From assembly GCA_951406725.2 (NCBI GenBank), contig OX597815.1:124372001-124436000 (forward strand): a stretch of 64,000 nt of DNA, read 5' to 3'. The translations under genes were made by a program, and so were the position numbers. Each line of letters starts with the position of its first letter. Within the stretch, counting starts at the first letter, position 1. This DNA is from Octopus vulgaris. Taxonomy: Eukaryota. Below, in pieces: positions 53,651-64,000 of this stretch. Below the pieces are notes generated by a model. It did no database searches. It was given only the letters and a program-made list of their open reading frames with translations, and was not told the DNA's origin.

Positions 53651-55408
53651 CGCGCCCGCCAACTCAATGACACCTCCTTCTATTCCCCTCTGCCCTCTAA
53701 CCCCACACGTAGCTACCAACAGACGGTATCCTCTACTGTCCAAGACCTCATCTCGTCCTCCCGTCTCCCCCGCACCGCATCCAACCTAATTGTGCGAACC
53801 CCACGTACCCCCACCATTTACTTCCTCCCCAAAATCCACAAACCCAACAACCCTGGCCGCCCCATCGTCTCCGCCTGTAACTGCCCCACGGAGCTCATCT
53901 CTAAATACCTCGACCGTGTCCTTGCCCCCCTAGTGGCATCTCTTCCCTCCCACATCCACGATACCAACCATGCTCTCCGGCTTTTCAACTCTTTCTCCTT
54001 TCCTCCCGGCTCCTCCAAAATCCTTTTTACTATGGACATCCAAAGCCTCTATACTGTTATCCCTCACCACGAAGGACTGCAGGCCCTTCGACACTTTCTT
54101 GACCTCCGCTCTAACCCTGTACCTGACACCTCCACACTCATTCGTCTGGCCGAACTTGTCCTTACTCTGAACTGCTTCTCGTTCGCGGGCGAGTTCTACC
54201 ATCAGGTCTCGGGAGTGGCCATGGGAACGCGAATGGGCCCCAACTATGCGAACCTGTTCGTTGGCTATGTTGAGGCCCAAATATTCTTTAATTTCACTGG
54301 TCCCACTCCTGAACTATATGGTCGTTATATTGACGACATTATCGGTGCCACCTCACTCTCCCGCGAACATCTAGATTCCTTCCTCTCTTTCGTCCAATCT
54401 TTCCATCCAGCCCTCCACTTCACTTCCACTATCTCCAACACCTCTGTCTCCTTCCTCGACATTTCGGTTAGCATTCTTCACTCCACTCTTACCACCTCCA
54501 TTCACTACAAACACACAGACTCACACTCATACCTCAACTTCTCTTCCTCCCACCCAGAACACACCAAGCTTTCCATCCCCTATTCCCAATTCCTCCGTCT
54601 ACGTAGGCTCTGTAGTGACGACCATGACTTTGAGACTCAGTCTCAACGTATGGCTCACCACTTCACCCTACGTGGATACCCCCTCACCACTATCCACACC
54701 GCCCTTGCCAGAGCACGGTCCGTGGACCGTGTATCTGCTCTCTCTCCCCGAACCCGCCCTGTAGTCTCCCGCCTCCCTTTTCCCCTCACTTACCACCCCA
54801 CGACCCTACGTCTCCAACGCACCATTCTTCGAGCTTTCCGTCATCTCCAGTCCGACCCGTCCACTTCACACCTCTTCCCTAACCGACCCCTCCCCTCTTT
54901 CAAACGAGCCCACAACCTTCGAGACCTTTTGGTCCATAGCTCCTTCCCTGACCCTACCTCCCAACCCGGCTCGTTCCCCTGCTCCCGCCCACGTTGCCGC
55001 ACTTGCCCTTACCTCTCCAACACCACCCGCCTCACTAGCACCCACCATCGACCCTATCCCATCATCCACTCCTTCACCTGCACCTCCAGCAATATTATCT
55101 ATTGCATCTCTTGCTCTCTCTGCAATTCCTTGTACATCGGACAAACGGGACGCCGCTTGGCTGACCGGTTCGCGGAACACCTTCGTGACATCCACCTTGC
55201 GAACGACACACCGGTCTCACGCCATTTCCGCTCCACCGGTCACTCCTTGCAACACCTATCTGTGTTCGGTTTGTCCTTACACAGAGGCCATCCGGATTCC
55301 CGTTTGCGCCGTGAACAGGAATTAATCTTCTCTCTTCGCTCTTATACGCCATTTGGTCTCAACTCTCCCCCCTCCTCATCTAACCCCCCTCTCCCCCTCC
55401 TCATCTAA
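53651..55408 (+). CDS. Penelope-like reverse transcriptase / GIY-YIG endonuclease (uninterrupted, N-terminally truncated)
   Basis: YFLPKIHK, RPIVS, MDIQSLYTVIP, GVAMGTRMGPNYANLF, RYIDD, SFLDI, LNFSSSHP, Cys linker CSRPRCRTC, NIIYCISCSLC..YIGQTGRRLADRFAEH, REQELI; the ~46 codons upstream of 53651 are flanking DNA. Confidence 0.93.
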   Translation, partial: RARQLNDTSFYSPLPSNPTRSYQQTVSSTVQDLISSSRLPRTASNLIVRTPRTPTIYFLPKIHKPNNPGRPIVSACNCPTELISKYLDRVLAPLVASLPSHIHDTNHALRLFNSFSFPPGSSKILFTMDIQSLYTVIPHHEGLQALRHFLDLRSNPVPDTSTLIRLAELVLTLNCFSFAGEFYHQVSGVAMGTRMGPNYANLFVGYVEAQIFFNFTGPTPELYGRYIDDIIGATSLSREHLDSFLSFVQSFHPALHFTSTISNTSVSFLDISVSILHSTLTTSIHYKHTDSHSYLNFSSSHPEHTKLSIPYSQFLRLRRLCSDDHDFETQSQRMAHHFTLRGYPLTTIHTALARARSVDRVSALSPRTRPVVSRLPFPLTYHPTTLRLQRTILRAFRHLQSDPSTSHLFPNRPLPSFKRAHNLRDLLVHSSFPDPTSQPGSFPCSRPRCRTCPYLSNTTRLTSTHHRPYPIIHSFTCTSSNIIYCISCSLCNSLYIGQTGRRLADRFAEHLRDIHLANDTPVSRHFRSTGHSLQHLSVFGLSLHRGHPDSRLRREQELIFSLRSYTPFGLNSPPSSSNPPLPLLI

Positions 55409-55672
55409 CCCCCCTCTCCCCCCTCCTCACCTATCCTTTCTCCCCCGACCCCTACTTCTTCAGTCCTTCATCCTTTCACCCCTACTCCCCTTCCCTTCTT
55501 CCCTCTTTCTCCCTCCCTCTTCCCCTTCCCTCTGCTCCCCACTCCCTCTCTCCCCTTCTCTCTCCCCCTCTCCCTCTTTCCTCCTTCATCCCCCTCATCC
55601 CCTTCCTTCTCCCCCATCCTCTCCTCTCCCCCTTCTCCTCTCCCTCTTCTCCCCCTCCCCCTCTTCTCCTCA
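55365..55672. repeat. Polypyrimidine/polypurine tract starting with a ~25-bp tandem unit that spans the PLE stop codon
   Basis: CCCCCTCCTCATCTAACCCCCCTCT occurs twice, then ~250 bp almost entirely C/T. Confidence 0.9.
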
Positions 55673-55714
55673 CTACACCACATGACTTTACACATCACAT
55701 CACATATGATGTGC

Positions 55715-56045
55715 CATACTAATACACACACCAACTAATACATACTAATACGTACTAATACATACTAGTACATACTAATACTTACACCAACCCTATACAT
55801 ACACACGTCCAGACCCCGCATACGCACTTATACTCTCTCTCACACACACACACACACCTATACATACCAATACGTACTAATACATACTAATACATACTAA
55901 TACATACACCAACCCCATACATACGCACGTCCAGACCAATCTTACGCACTAATACTCTCTCATACACACACACACACACACACACACCCTTATACATACT
56001 AATACATACACCAACCCTATACATACACACATCCAGACCCCTCCC
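55715..56045. repeat. Minisatellite of TACTAATACA-rich units with CACCAACCC..ATACATAC.CAC.TCCAGACC blocks (3 higher-order copies)
   Basis: Block recurs at ~55785, ~55906 and ~56008. Confidence 0.8.
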
Positions 56046-56223
56046 ACGCACTTTTAGCTGGTCCCTCAACCCATTTATCAACCCTATTATCTCCCCTTAT
56101 TTCGCTCTCGCGTCTCATGTTTGATCTTTGACCTCTGGCCGAAATCAGATCGCCATGTTGATTCGTTAGCTACTGCACGCATTTTTTTCTCTCCTTCTTT
56201 CTGTGTTTTTCTCTCTCTGTGTA

Positions 56224-56261
56224 TCTTTCTGTTGAAGAGCGTAGGCTCGAAACGTTAAAGA
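56224..56261 (+). ncRNA. Minimal type I hammerhead-like motif with variant core CUGUUGA-A
   Basis: TCTTT-CTGTTGA-A-GAGC GTAG GCTC-GAAA-CGT-T-AAAGA: stem I TCTTT/AAAGA, stem II GAGC/GCTC, palindromic ACGT stem III, GUU triplet. Confidence 0.7.
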
Positions 56262-56358
56262 CTTGTTTTATTTATATTTCCTGAGCGCCATACTAATACA
56301 ATTGTTCGTTTGTTTTCCACCTGCCTTCGTCTTTTGTTTATTTTCATAAAGCTTCCCG

Positions 56359-56401
<43 letters not shown>

Positions 56402-56408
<7 letters not shown>

Positions 56409-56520
56409 AGCTTCCATATACCTCTGCCTACTAAATTAAAATTCACTCACAAAGTATTGGTCGGCTCAGGGCTACAATAGAAGACTCTTGCCCAAGGTAT
56501 CAGGCAGGAGAACTGGAGGA
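56402..56520 (-). mobile_element. 5' half of the old SINE family A copy split by the PLE
   Basis: CACTCACAAAGTATTGGTCGGCTCAGGGCTACAATAGAAGACTCTTGCCCAAGGT matches family A CACTCACAAGGCTTTGGTCGGCCCGAGGCTATAGTAGAAGACACTTG. Confidence 0.75.
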
Positions 56521-56694
56521 AGTTAACTTTTTAGGAGAGGGCGTTTGTAGACAGAACACTTTAAAAAAAAACAAATACAAAGTCAATAAATTATCCACAA
56601 ATAAAAAAAAACTCTGAATGTTTCAAGAAAAGCCCAATGACGTTTAACAATTAGCATTAACTTGTTAATAGTCAGAAAGCGATATTCTTCTCTA

Positions 56695-56930
56695 GGGCGG
56701 TGAGCTGGCAGAATCGTTTGCACGTCGGGCGAAATGCTTAGTGGTACATCGTCTGCCGATATTTCGTTTTGAGTTCAAATTCCGCCGAGGTCGACTTTGC
56801 CTTTTATCTTTTCTGGGTAGATTAAATAAGTACCAGTTATGCCTTGTGGTCGATGTAATCTGCTTAATCCTTTTGTCTGTCCTTGTTTGTCCCCTCTATG
56901 TTTATCCCCCTGTGGACCATAATGAAATAA
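56695..56930 (+). mobile_element. SINE family B
   Basis: GGCGGTGAGCTGGCAGAATCG head, B box, core and TTTGTCTGTCCTTGTTTGTCCCC tail. Confidence 0.85.
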
Positions 56931-57952
56931 ATATCGTAAATACTCTTCGAACATTGTAAATATTGAATTAAACCTTAAAACCTATAAGCCTATTTTGCTG
57001 CTCTCTCCACATGATTCATATATTGTTCTTAACATCTTGTTTGCTTAACGTATTCCATTTAATTTTTTTCTGTAGAAAAAGAATAGCGATATAATGGAGA
57101 AAAGAGTTTACAAAAACAGGTACAATTATTATTGATGGTGGGATGATAACATTATAAGAAACAACTCAGGCAGCTAGTAATCAACTCTAATATGATATAT
57201 CCCATACTAGGCAGTTTTAACAATTATACGATAATGGAAAAGTAGAAATACGTATGTAAAATATAACACATAGGGTAAAGGAAATGATTTGATTAGAATT
57301 TAATCTTTGACGATTTTCAGTAACAACATATCCCTGTAACCATTATTCTTCTGTCATCTTCACTAGCAACTCCTTAAACACTACCATGACACAAAACTAA
57401 TTAACTATCTTGTCTCCAATCCAACAATCATCATCAGTTTCAGATTTAATGTCTCCATTTACAATACAAGCTCACTAATATAACAACATAGAAACTCCTA
57501 CTTGGTTGTTAATGTGTAACTAAATCTCTGAATCCACTATCATACTATCATCAAAATTAACCTCTTATCTGCAGTCCCCATTTTCGCTATCTCCAATAAT
57601 TGTAACTTAATTTTAACTCTTCGTTTACTTATTCATTAGAACATATTTAACGTTTACAATCCCAACAGCTTGTTCCTTATGGTTAATATGATAAGACTAG
57701 TTGTAATAACTTTCAACGAAACATTTTTTGAACAAATTATCATGATTCACCACGGCAAGACTTTAGTTTATTTTAAAAGGAATATCATATTGATATTATA
57801 AATGTCCATTTTAACCATTATCTTTTAGAATCGTTGAAATTAGGAGTAGTTGTGCACTGGGTATGATTTAATCGATTGCATTCACTCACCAATCAAAATT
57901 ATGAAAGCGGAGTGCTCCACAAAATGACTGGGAGTATATTATTATTATTATT

Positions 57953-58498
57953 GAGTGAGAGAGCAGTTCATGCCATCAAAGTGACACTGGGGTAAAATAT
58001 ACGAAGCCCAATATACCCATCATGACTACCCGTCTGATAAAGGTACACCAGGCACATGCATCACAACCATATGTGCGCGACATGGTGATCTCATATCAAG
58101 ATAAACAGCACATGACCTTGCAAGTGGGGCCCAGTTAGAATTTTCTTCAGGTTGAGTAGCCCATCCCGCTCAAACGGTCCCTGAATAAGGGTTGTTTAAG
58201 GATGTTGAAAGAACCACCCATGTTTCCAGAGGTGAACTATTCAAACCCCAAAGAATCCCTCTCAACACATGGCTATGATGCTCCCCCACTACTTCTGCTC
58301 GTGATCAGAGATGCACATATCGTCAGCCACCAAGGGACATGCTCAACTGGTTAAGGTCAAACAACTGACAAGCAAATCTGTGGTATTGAGCAGAATATTT
58401 GCTGTAGCCCATCTTTTATACCAAGACAAAACAATGTACATGATAACACTTCCAATCAGTTAAGATCAGAAGCCATGAGAGCCACTGCCTGGTACTGC

Positions 58499-58500
<2 letters not shown>
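57953..58500 (-). mobile_element. Family D repeat embedded in (TAA)n, second copy
   Basis: Highly similar to 31805-32328, with ~22 extra bp at the right end; (TAT)n on both sides. Confidence 0.78.
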
Positions 58501-58561
<61 letters not shown>

Positions 58562-58569
58562 CATTACTT

Positions 58570-59100
58570 GGATCGCACAATAGTGATATGTGTTGACAAA
58601 ACATTTCTGTCGCACTTTCAATCAACCATGATTTACCCAGGGTTTTACCTCCCAGTCTTTCCTTTCTGTATATAAATGACATAATGCTACATTCAACAAC
58701 GTCCACTCTTCTGCAAATGATACAGCACTTCATTCTATCTTAACTTTCCTCAATCATGCAACATCCTCAAGCAATCTAGAAAATCACACACCAAATTTCC
58801 ATTGACTCTGAGAACAGAAAACTTGATGACATCTCATGAACAATGTTATCTCTCAGCACTACTAATACCAAGAAAACACCAGTTGCTCCAAATACTGGAT
58901 TTTACTGTCGTCCGACGATCTCTCAAGATAGAAATATATATTTAACTTTGCTACAAGTGGAAGTCAAACACTGACCCTTCTCCTTAAGGTCAGAAAATAT
59001 TTCGGCCCCAACAATCACTGATATTCTACATGGCTCAATTGATATCAATGAAATACTACTGCTATTTGTAGAAAGGTGCTACTGCTACGCGTACAGACAT
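58570..59100 (+). pseudogene. Decayed LINE reverse-transcriptase relic
   Basis: Manual translation across frameshifts gives ..DLP(Q)G.., LYINDI and VHSSANDTALHS (58701-58736), matching PQGS / LYINDL / YADDT motifs; boundaries approximate. Confidence 0.55.
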
Positions 59101-59306
59101 CCTATTTAGAGAAAGACATTGGACTGATAAGCAGTAAATACATACAGACATACTCTAGCATCTGGCTTACAGGAATCCTATCTATGCACTCTATCTTTTC
59201 TATCGTTATTAAATCTCTGTTCCTCGCGCATGGCTTGTCTCATACCTCCACTATTTAGGTACCCTCGATCCACTTGTCTTTTTGACTCTCTCTCTCTCTA
59301 TATACA

Positions 59307-60567
59307 TAGGGTATGGATGGTATTTGAGGACAGATTTATGGTTTTAAAAAAACACTTATATAATAACAGGGAAAAAGCTGTATTTTTATAAAAATAACAT
59401 AAACCTAAAGCTAAATTTCAATTTAATAATTTCATTCAGTAAAACCAGCATAAGTATCAATCACTGCCTCTCTGCGGGTTCGAAATCGTTTAGAAGCTTG
59501 GATTAAGTGGTCCTTGTACATATCGGATATGACTCGAACTATGGCGGCTTTCAAAGAATCTTTGGTGCTATGGGAGTGTTCATTGACATTTTTCTCAACG
59601 ATGATCCATCCATAGTAGTCAAGTGGATTGAGATCTGGAGAATTAGGAAGCCAAATGTTAGGGGTGATGTGATCAGGCAAATTGTCAATCATCCATTCTT
59701 GTGTCATTTGAACCTTGTGTGATGGTGCAGAATCTTGTTGAAAGACATAAGGCCTTCCATTGCATATACTGTTGATCCAAGGCTTAACAACTTAATCCAG
59801 AACCGCAATATACGCAACATTATTCACCCTAAGGCCTTGTGGAAAAAAGTGAGGAGGCATCACATGTCCTTCATTGCTAACAACACCCAAAACCATTACA
59901 CTTGCAGGAAATTTTGTGTGCAGTACTCTTGGAACCCCAGACGTGTCTGCACATAGCTACCTGTCACTTCTTCTGTTAGTTTTCTAGCCTTGGTCAAAGT
60001 TTTTCACATCTGAGAAAAACCAAATCATCCCATCTTCGGATGTTTGTTCAAAAGTCTTTTGGGTCTGATTAAACGGTTTTCTTTTCTTTTTTTCTGACAT
60101 GAATTGACCTCTCCTCATCACGTCAGATTTGTATCTGATGTCTTCATGCACAGCATTTCTGATTGCATTTTCTGACACACGAAATTTTTTTGCAATTGAC
60201 CTCATTGATTTTCCTGGATTGTCTTCAATGTTTTGCTTAACATCCTAAATAAATTCAGGTGGCTTGATAGAAACAGAACGTTTGAAATGTGTTTTGCTTT
60301 GAATTTTTATACAGGTAATACGCTTCCATCTTCTTTCTCTAATCACACTGAATCTTGTGGACAAAAGATTTTGCAACTTCCAGAAAACAAGAAATTTCTA
60401 AATCACCATGCTTAGCCTTCAAAGCCACAATCACAGCATGCCTTTTCATTTCATTAGTAAGCATAAGGTCTGTCATTGTTATTTTCTGAAAGAGAAGTTC
60501 AATAAAAATTAGGAAATTAAAATAATGACTAAAAATGCATGTGTCCCCAAATGCCGCCCTCACCCTG
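59307..60567 (-). mobile_element. Full-length decayed Tc1/mariner transposon, DD37D (maT) family
   Basis: Imperfect 26-bp TIRs (TAGGGTATGGATGGTATTTGAGGACA and reverse complement of right end CAGGGTGAGGGCGGCATTTGGGGACA); TA at the right end; ~1.26 kb. Confidence 0.88.
59432..60476 (-). pseudogene. DD37D transposase pseudogene (frameshifted)
   Basis: HTH SMRSIAKKFRVSENAIRNAV, IWFFSD, YVFQQDSAPSH..WLPNSPDLNPLDY; I count 37 residues between the 2nd and 3rd catalytic Asp. Confidence 0.9.
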
Positions 60568-60571
60568 TACG

Positions 60572-60632
<61 letters not shown>

Positions 60633-61680
60633 AGCCATTGATAAATTTTTTTTTGTGTTTTCGAAAAAAAATGTTATCCTACATTAAATTTATTGGAAAT
60701 ATATATACTTATCGGTCATACCTACATGATATGCAAAAATCTCCGCATATCATGTTTTATACTGTGTTCCTGAGTGTTTTTGACGCACGTGTGTGTAATT
60801 ATGTTCTCGTTTAAGCCAGTACACATGTAAGGACGATGAATAGACTTATAATGAAATTAGCTCAAAAACCACGTGGTCCAAGTTTCGATCCCTTTACATG
60901 ACATCTTGGGTATGTCTCATTTACCGTAACCTCGAGTCGACCTATATAAACCTTATAAAATTAGGAAGACGGTAATTATGTAGAGACCCATAGAGTACAT
61001 TGTACCTGTAATTCAAAGGTACGGACTTGTCTTTTTTCTGCACCTCCCACAACAGTGTCACGCTAATTCTACTTAAGGATTATATTAAGGATATACATAA
61101 CTATGAAATACTCAACCATTAACGCGCAATTAGTTCAGTTGACCGAACGACTAAATTTTCATCGTCGAAACCGATGGAAATCCATTTAGTTTGCTCCTTT
61201 TTAATGCTTATGATAACATCTGTACAATGAAATTTGTATAGATGTGTGTATGTGTATGAATGACTTTATGTAAAAATGAGAATGTTTACTCCCTTTTTTC
61301 CCCCTTTTTTATATTATTTTTTTTCCCTCGCTCTCCTAGATTTATTGTTTTTATATTGCTATAATATTTCTTCACCTTCATTAAAACCTCAAAGCAGCAG
61401 TTTCGGGGTTGATAGCAGATAGTCACACTCTTTTGATTTCCGACGCCACACAACAATGAACACGTTTATCATATCAATTAAACACATGCTTAGAATTTTA
61501 AACTACGAGAAATACATACTAGTATTTTATAGGTTTATTGTCAAAGCCAATAAATCAACCCTAACAAGAATTAGTATCCACGCACACGAATTCCTATACC
61601 TATGAAAAGAGAAAACATTCGAATATACACAGCACATATGCACCCGAACACGCACACACACACGCACGCACACGCACGCA

Positions 61681-61726
<46 letters not shown>

Positions 61727-61727
<1 letters not shown>

Positions 61728-61870
61728 TTTCTCTTATTTCTTTCTGTCGAAGAGCGTAAGCTCGAAACGTAAAAGACTTTTCCGTTTTTGCCGAATGTCA
61801 AACTAATACACTTCTTTGTTGTTCTTACACCTGTCTTCGTCTTTTGTTATTCTATAAATTTGAACTATAT
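61727..61870 (+). mobile_element. Solo Penelope 3'-end (pLTR-like) fragment
   Basis: Homologous to 56185-56360 (GAAGAGCGTA.GCTCGAAACGT.AAAGACTT..ACTAATACA..CACCTG.CTTCGTCTTTTGTT); lies between (CA)n and (TA)n. Confidence 0.82.
61739..61776 (+). ncRNA. Second minimal hammerhead-like motif, core CUGUCGA-A
   Basis: TCTTT-CTGTCGA-A-GAGC GTAA GCTC-GAAA-CGT-A-AAAGA; GUA triplet. Confidence 0.68.
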
Positions 61871-62243
61871 ATTATACGCTCACGTGGTTACTCCAGTTTG
61901 ATCCTGACTGAACTTCCTACTCTCTTGGACTTGCATATCTTAACCACTTCCCGACCTCATAGCACTTCTCTTCATCCACATACCAGCACTCCACCCGGAT
62001 TACCACTGAATCTTCGTACTCTTTTGAACTATCACGGGTTTCACTGGATATTTTCGTTTATGTAAATCGCTCTAATCTACCACGACTTTTGAACTTTGTG
62101 AACTTTCTGAACTTTTAAACTCCGTACGTTAATACTTTGCCATTCTCTCTTTTTTAACCTTTCTTGTTTTTCTTTTCTCTTTTTTTTTTTCAGCATGTTC
62201 ACACGTTTTTTTTTATTCTTTCTCTATTTATTTCCTCTTATTC

Positions 62244-62345
62244 CTCGAAATGTAAAAGACTTTTCCATTTTTCCGAGCGTCAAACTAATACACATGTTTG
62301 TTGTTCCTACACTTGTCTTTGTCTTTTGTTTTTCTATAAATCTGA

Positions 62346-62350
<5 letters not shown>
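62244..62350 (+). mobile_element. Third Penelope 3'-end fragment, truncated within the hammerhead
   Basis: CTCGAAATGTAAAAGACTTTTCC..CAAACTAATACAC..TTCTATAAAT.TGAACTA, a direct repeat of 61761-61868. Confidence 0.78.
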
Positions 62351-63177
<827 letters not shown>

Positions 63178-63579
63178 AAGAGGGAGGGGCGAGAGAGAGA
63201 GATAGGAGAGAGCGAGAAAGAGAGAAAGCACAAAATTACCGAGTGGATTATGGTAATGAGATTGGTTCCAAATTACCAATTCAGTTACTTTGCAGTTGTT
63301 TATATGCAGAACACTGTATTCTCTCGTTGATAAGTAGCAGGTCAGCTTAAAATTTTCCTTCGTTACATCCACGGTGGTTTTAGATTCGAGACAACAGGTT
63401 TGGATCACTCTTAGTTTCTCCCCTTTACTTTTGTAGAGTCAGCATGAGTGAATCTTAGCTTGTCTTCGCCCTCAAGGTCATTGAACTAGAATTAAGCACC
63501 GGTTACCACAAAACTCTTACTTTTTAATGATGCCCATTCACACTCACACACATGCACACAAATCTATCCATCTATCCAG

Positions 63580-63720
<141 letters not shown>

Positions 63721-64000
63721 ATTCTGTCTTTCTTCCTGCTTGAGTGTGTATTAGTAAATGTTGGTGTATTGGTTCACTTTTTAACAGAAGTTTAAGCTTC
63801 TTAAATCGAAACTTTCTGTTAATTCGTTAAAACAATCGTTCAGATCTTAAGAACAATCGGAACCTTCAAATTCAGATTTATGGGCCAAGAAGTGGAGATT
63901 ACTATTGCTCACACACATAATGCACAGGCAGTTTGTGCTAGACAATAATGTTGATGGCTTGCAACAACACTTACACTATCAAGTTTCCACTTCTTACACA

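Larger units (their letters stand above)
53651..56360 (+). mobile_element. 5'-truncated Penelope-like retroelement (Neptune-type) with long low-complexity 3' UTR and hammerhead-bearing end
   Basis: RT + GIY-YIG ORF, C-rich UTR, hammerhead-like motif at 56224, abrupt end at (TA)n; the end region recurs at 61.7 and 62.2 kb. Confidence 0.9.

Overview
AT-rich animal genomic DNA dense in microsatellites and transposons, with no recognisable host protein-coding exon, so probably intergenic or inside a very long intron. The SINE families resemble those I recall from Octopus; that assignment is inference, not a database result. Most six-frame ORFs are translations of (TA)n/(CA)n/(TACA)n/(TAT)n repeats. 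The only long intact ORF is a 5'-truncated Neptune-type Penelope-like retroelement (RT + Cys linker + GIY-YIG, ~53651-55408). It sits inside the internal microsatellite of an old SINE, and its 3' end carries a minimal hammerhead-like motif with a non-canonical core (CUGUYGA-A) that recurs at 61.7 kb. The window also holds a full-length decayed DD37D (maT) Tc1/mariner element, a Tc2/pogo-type MITE, CR1/L2-group LINE fragments, fossil hAT, Tigger and Penelope fragments, at least three tRNA-derived SINE families, and a (TAA)n-embedded repeat. Main leads: (1) variant hammerheads in Penelope ends; (2) a LINE 3' tail shared by two SINE families, with a covarying hairpin-GAAA motif across several tails; (3) perfect fold-back or tail-to-tail structures at (TA)n targets; (4) a near-consensus AG|GTAAGT recursive-splice-like site on the minus strand.
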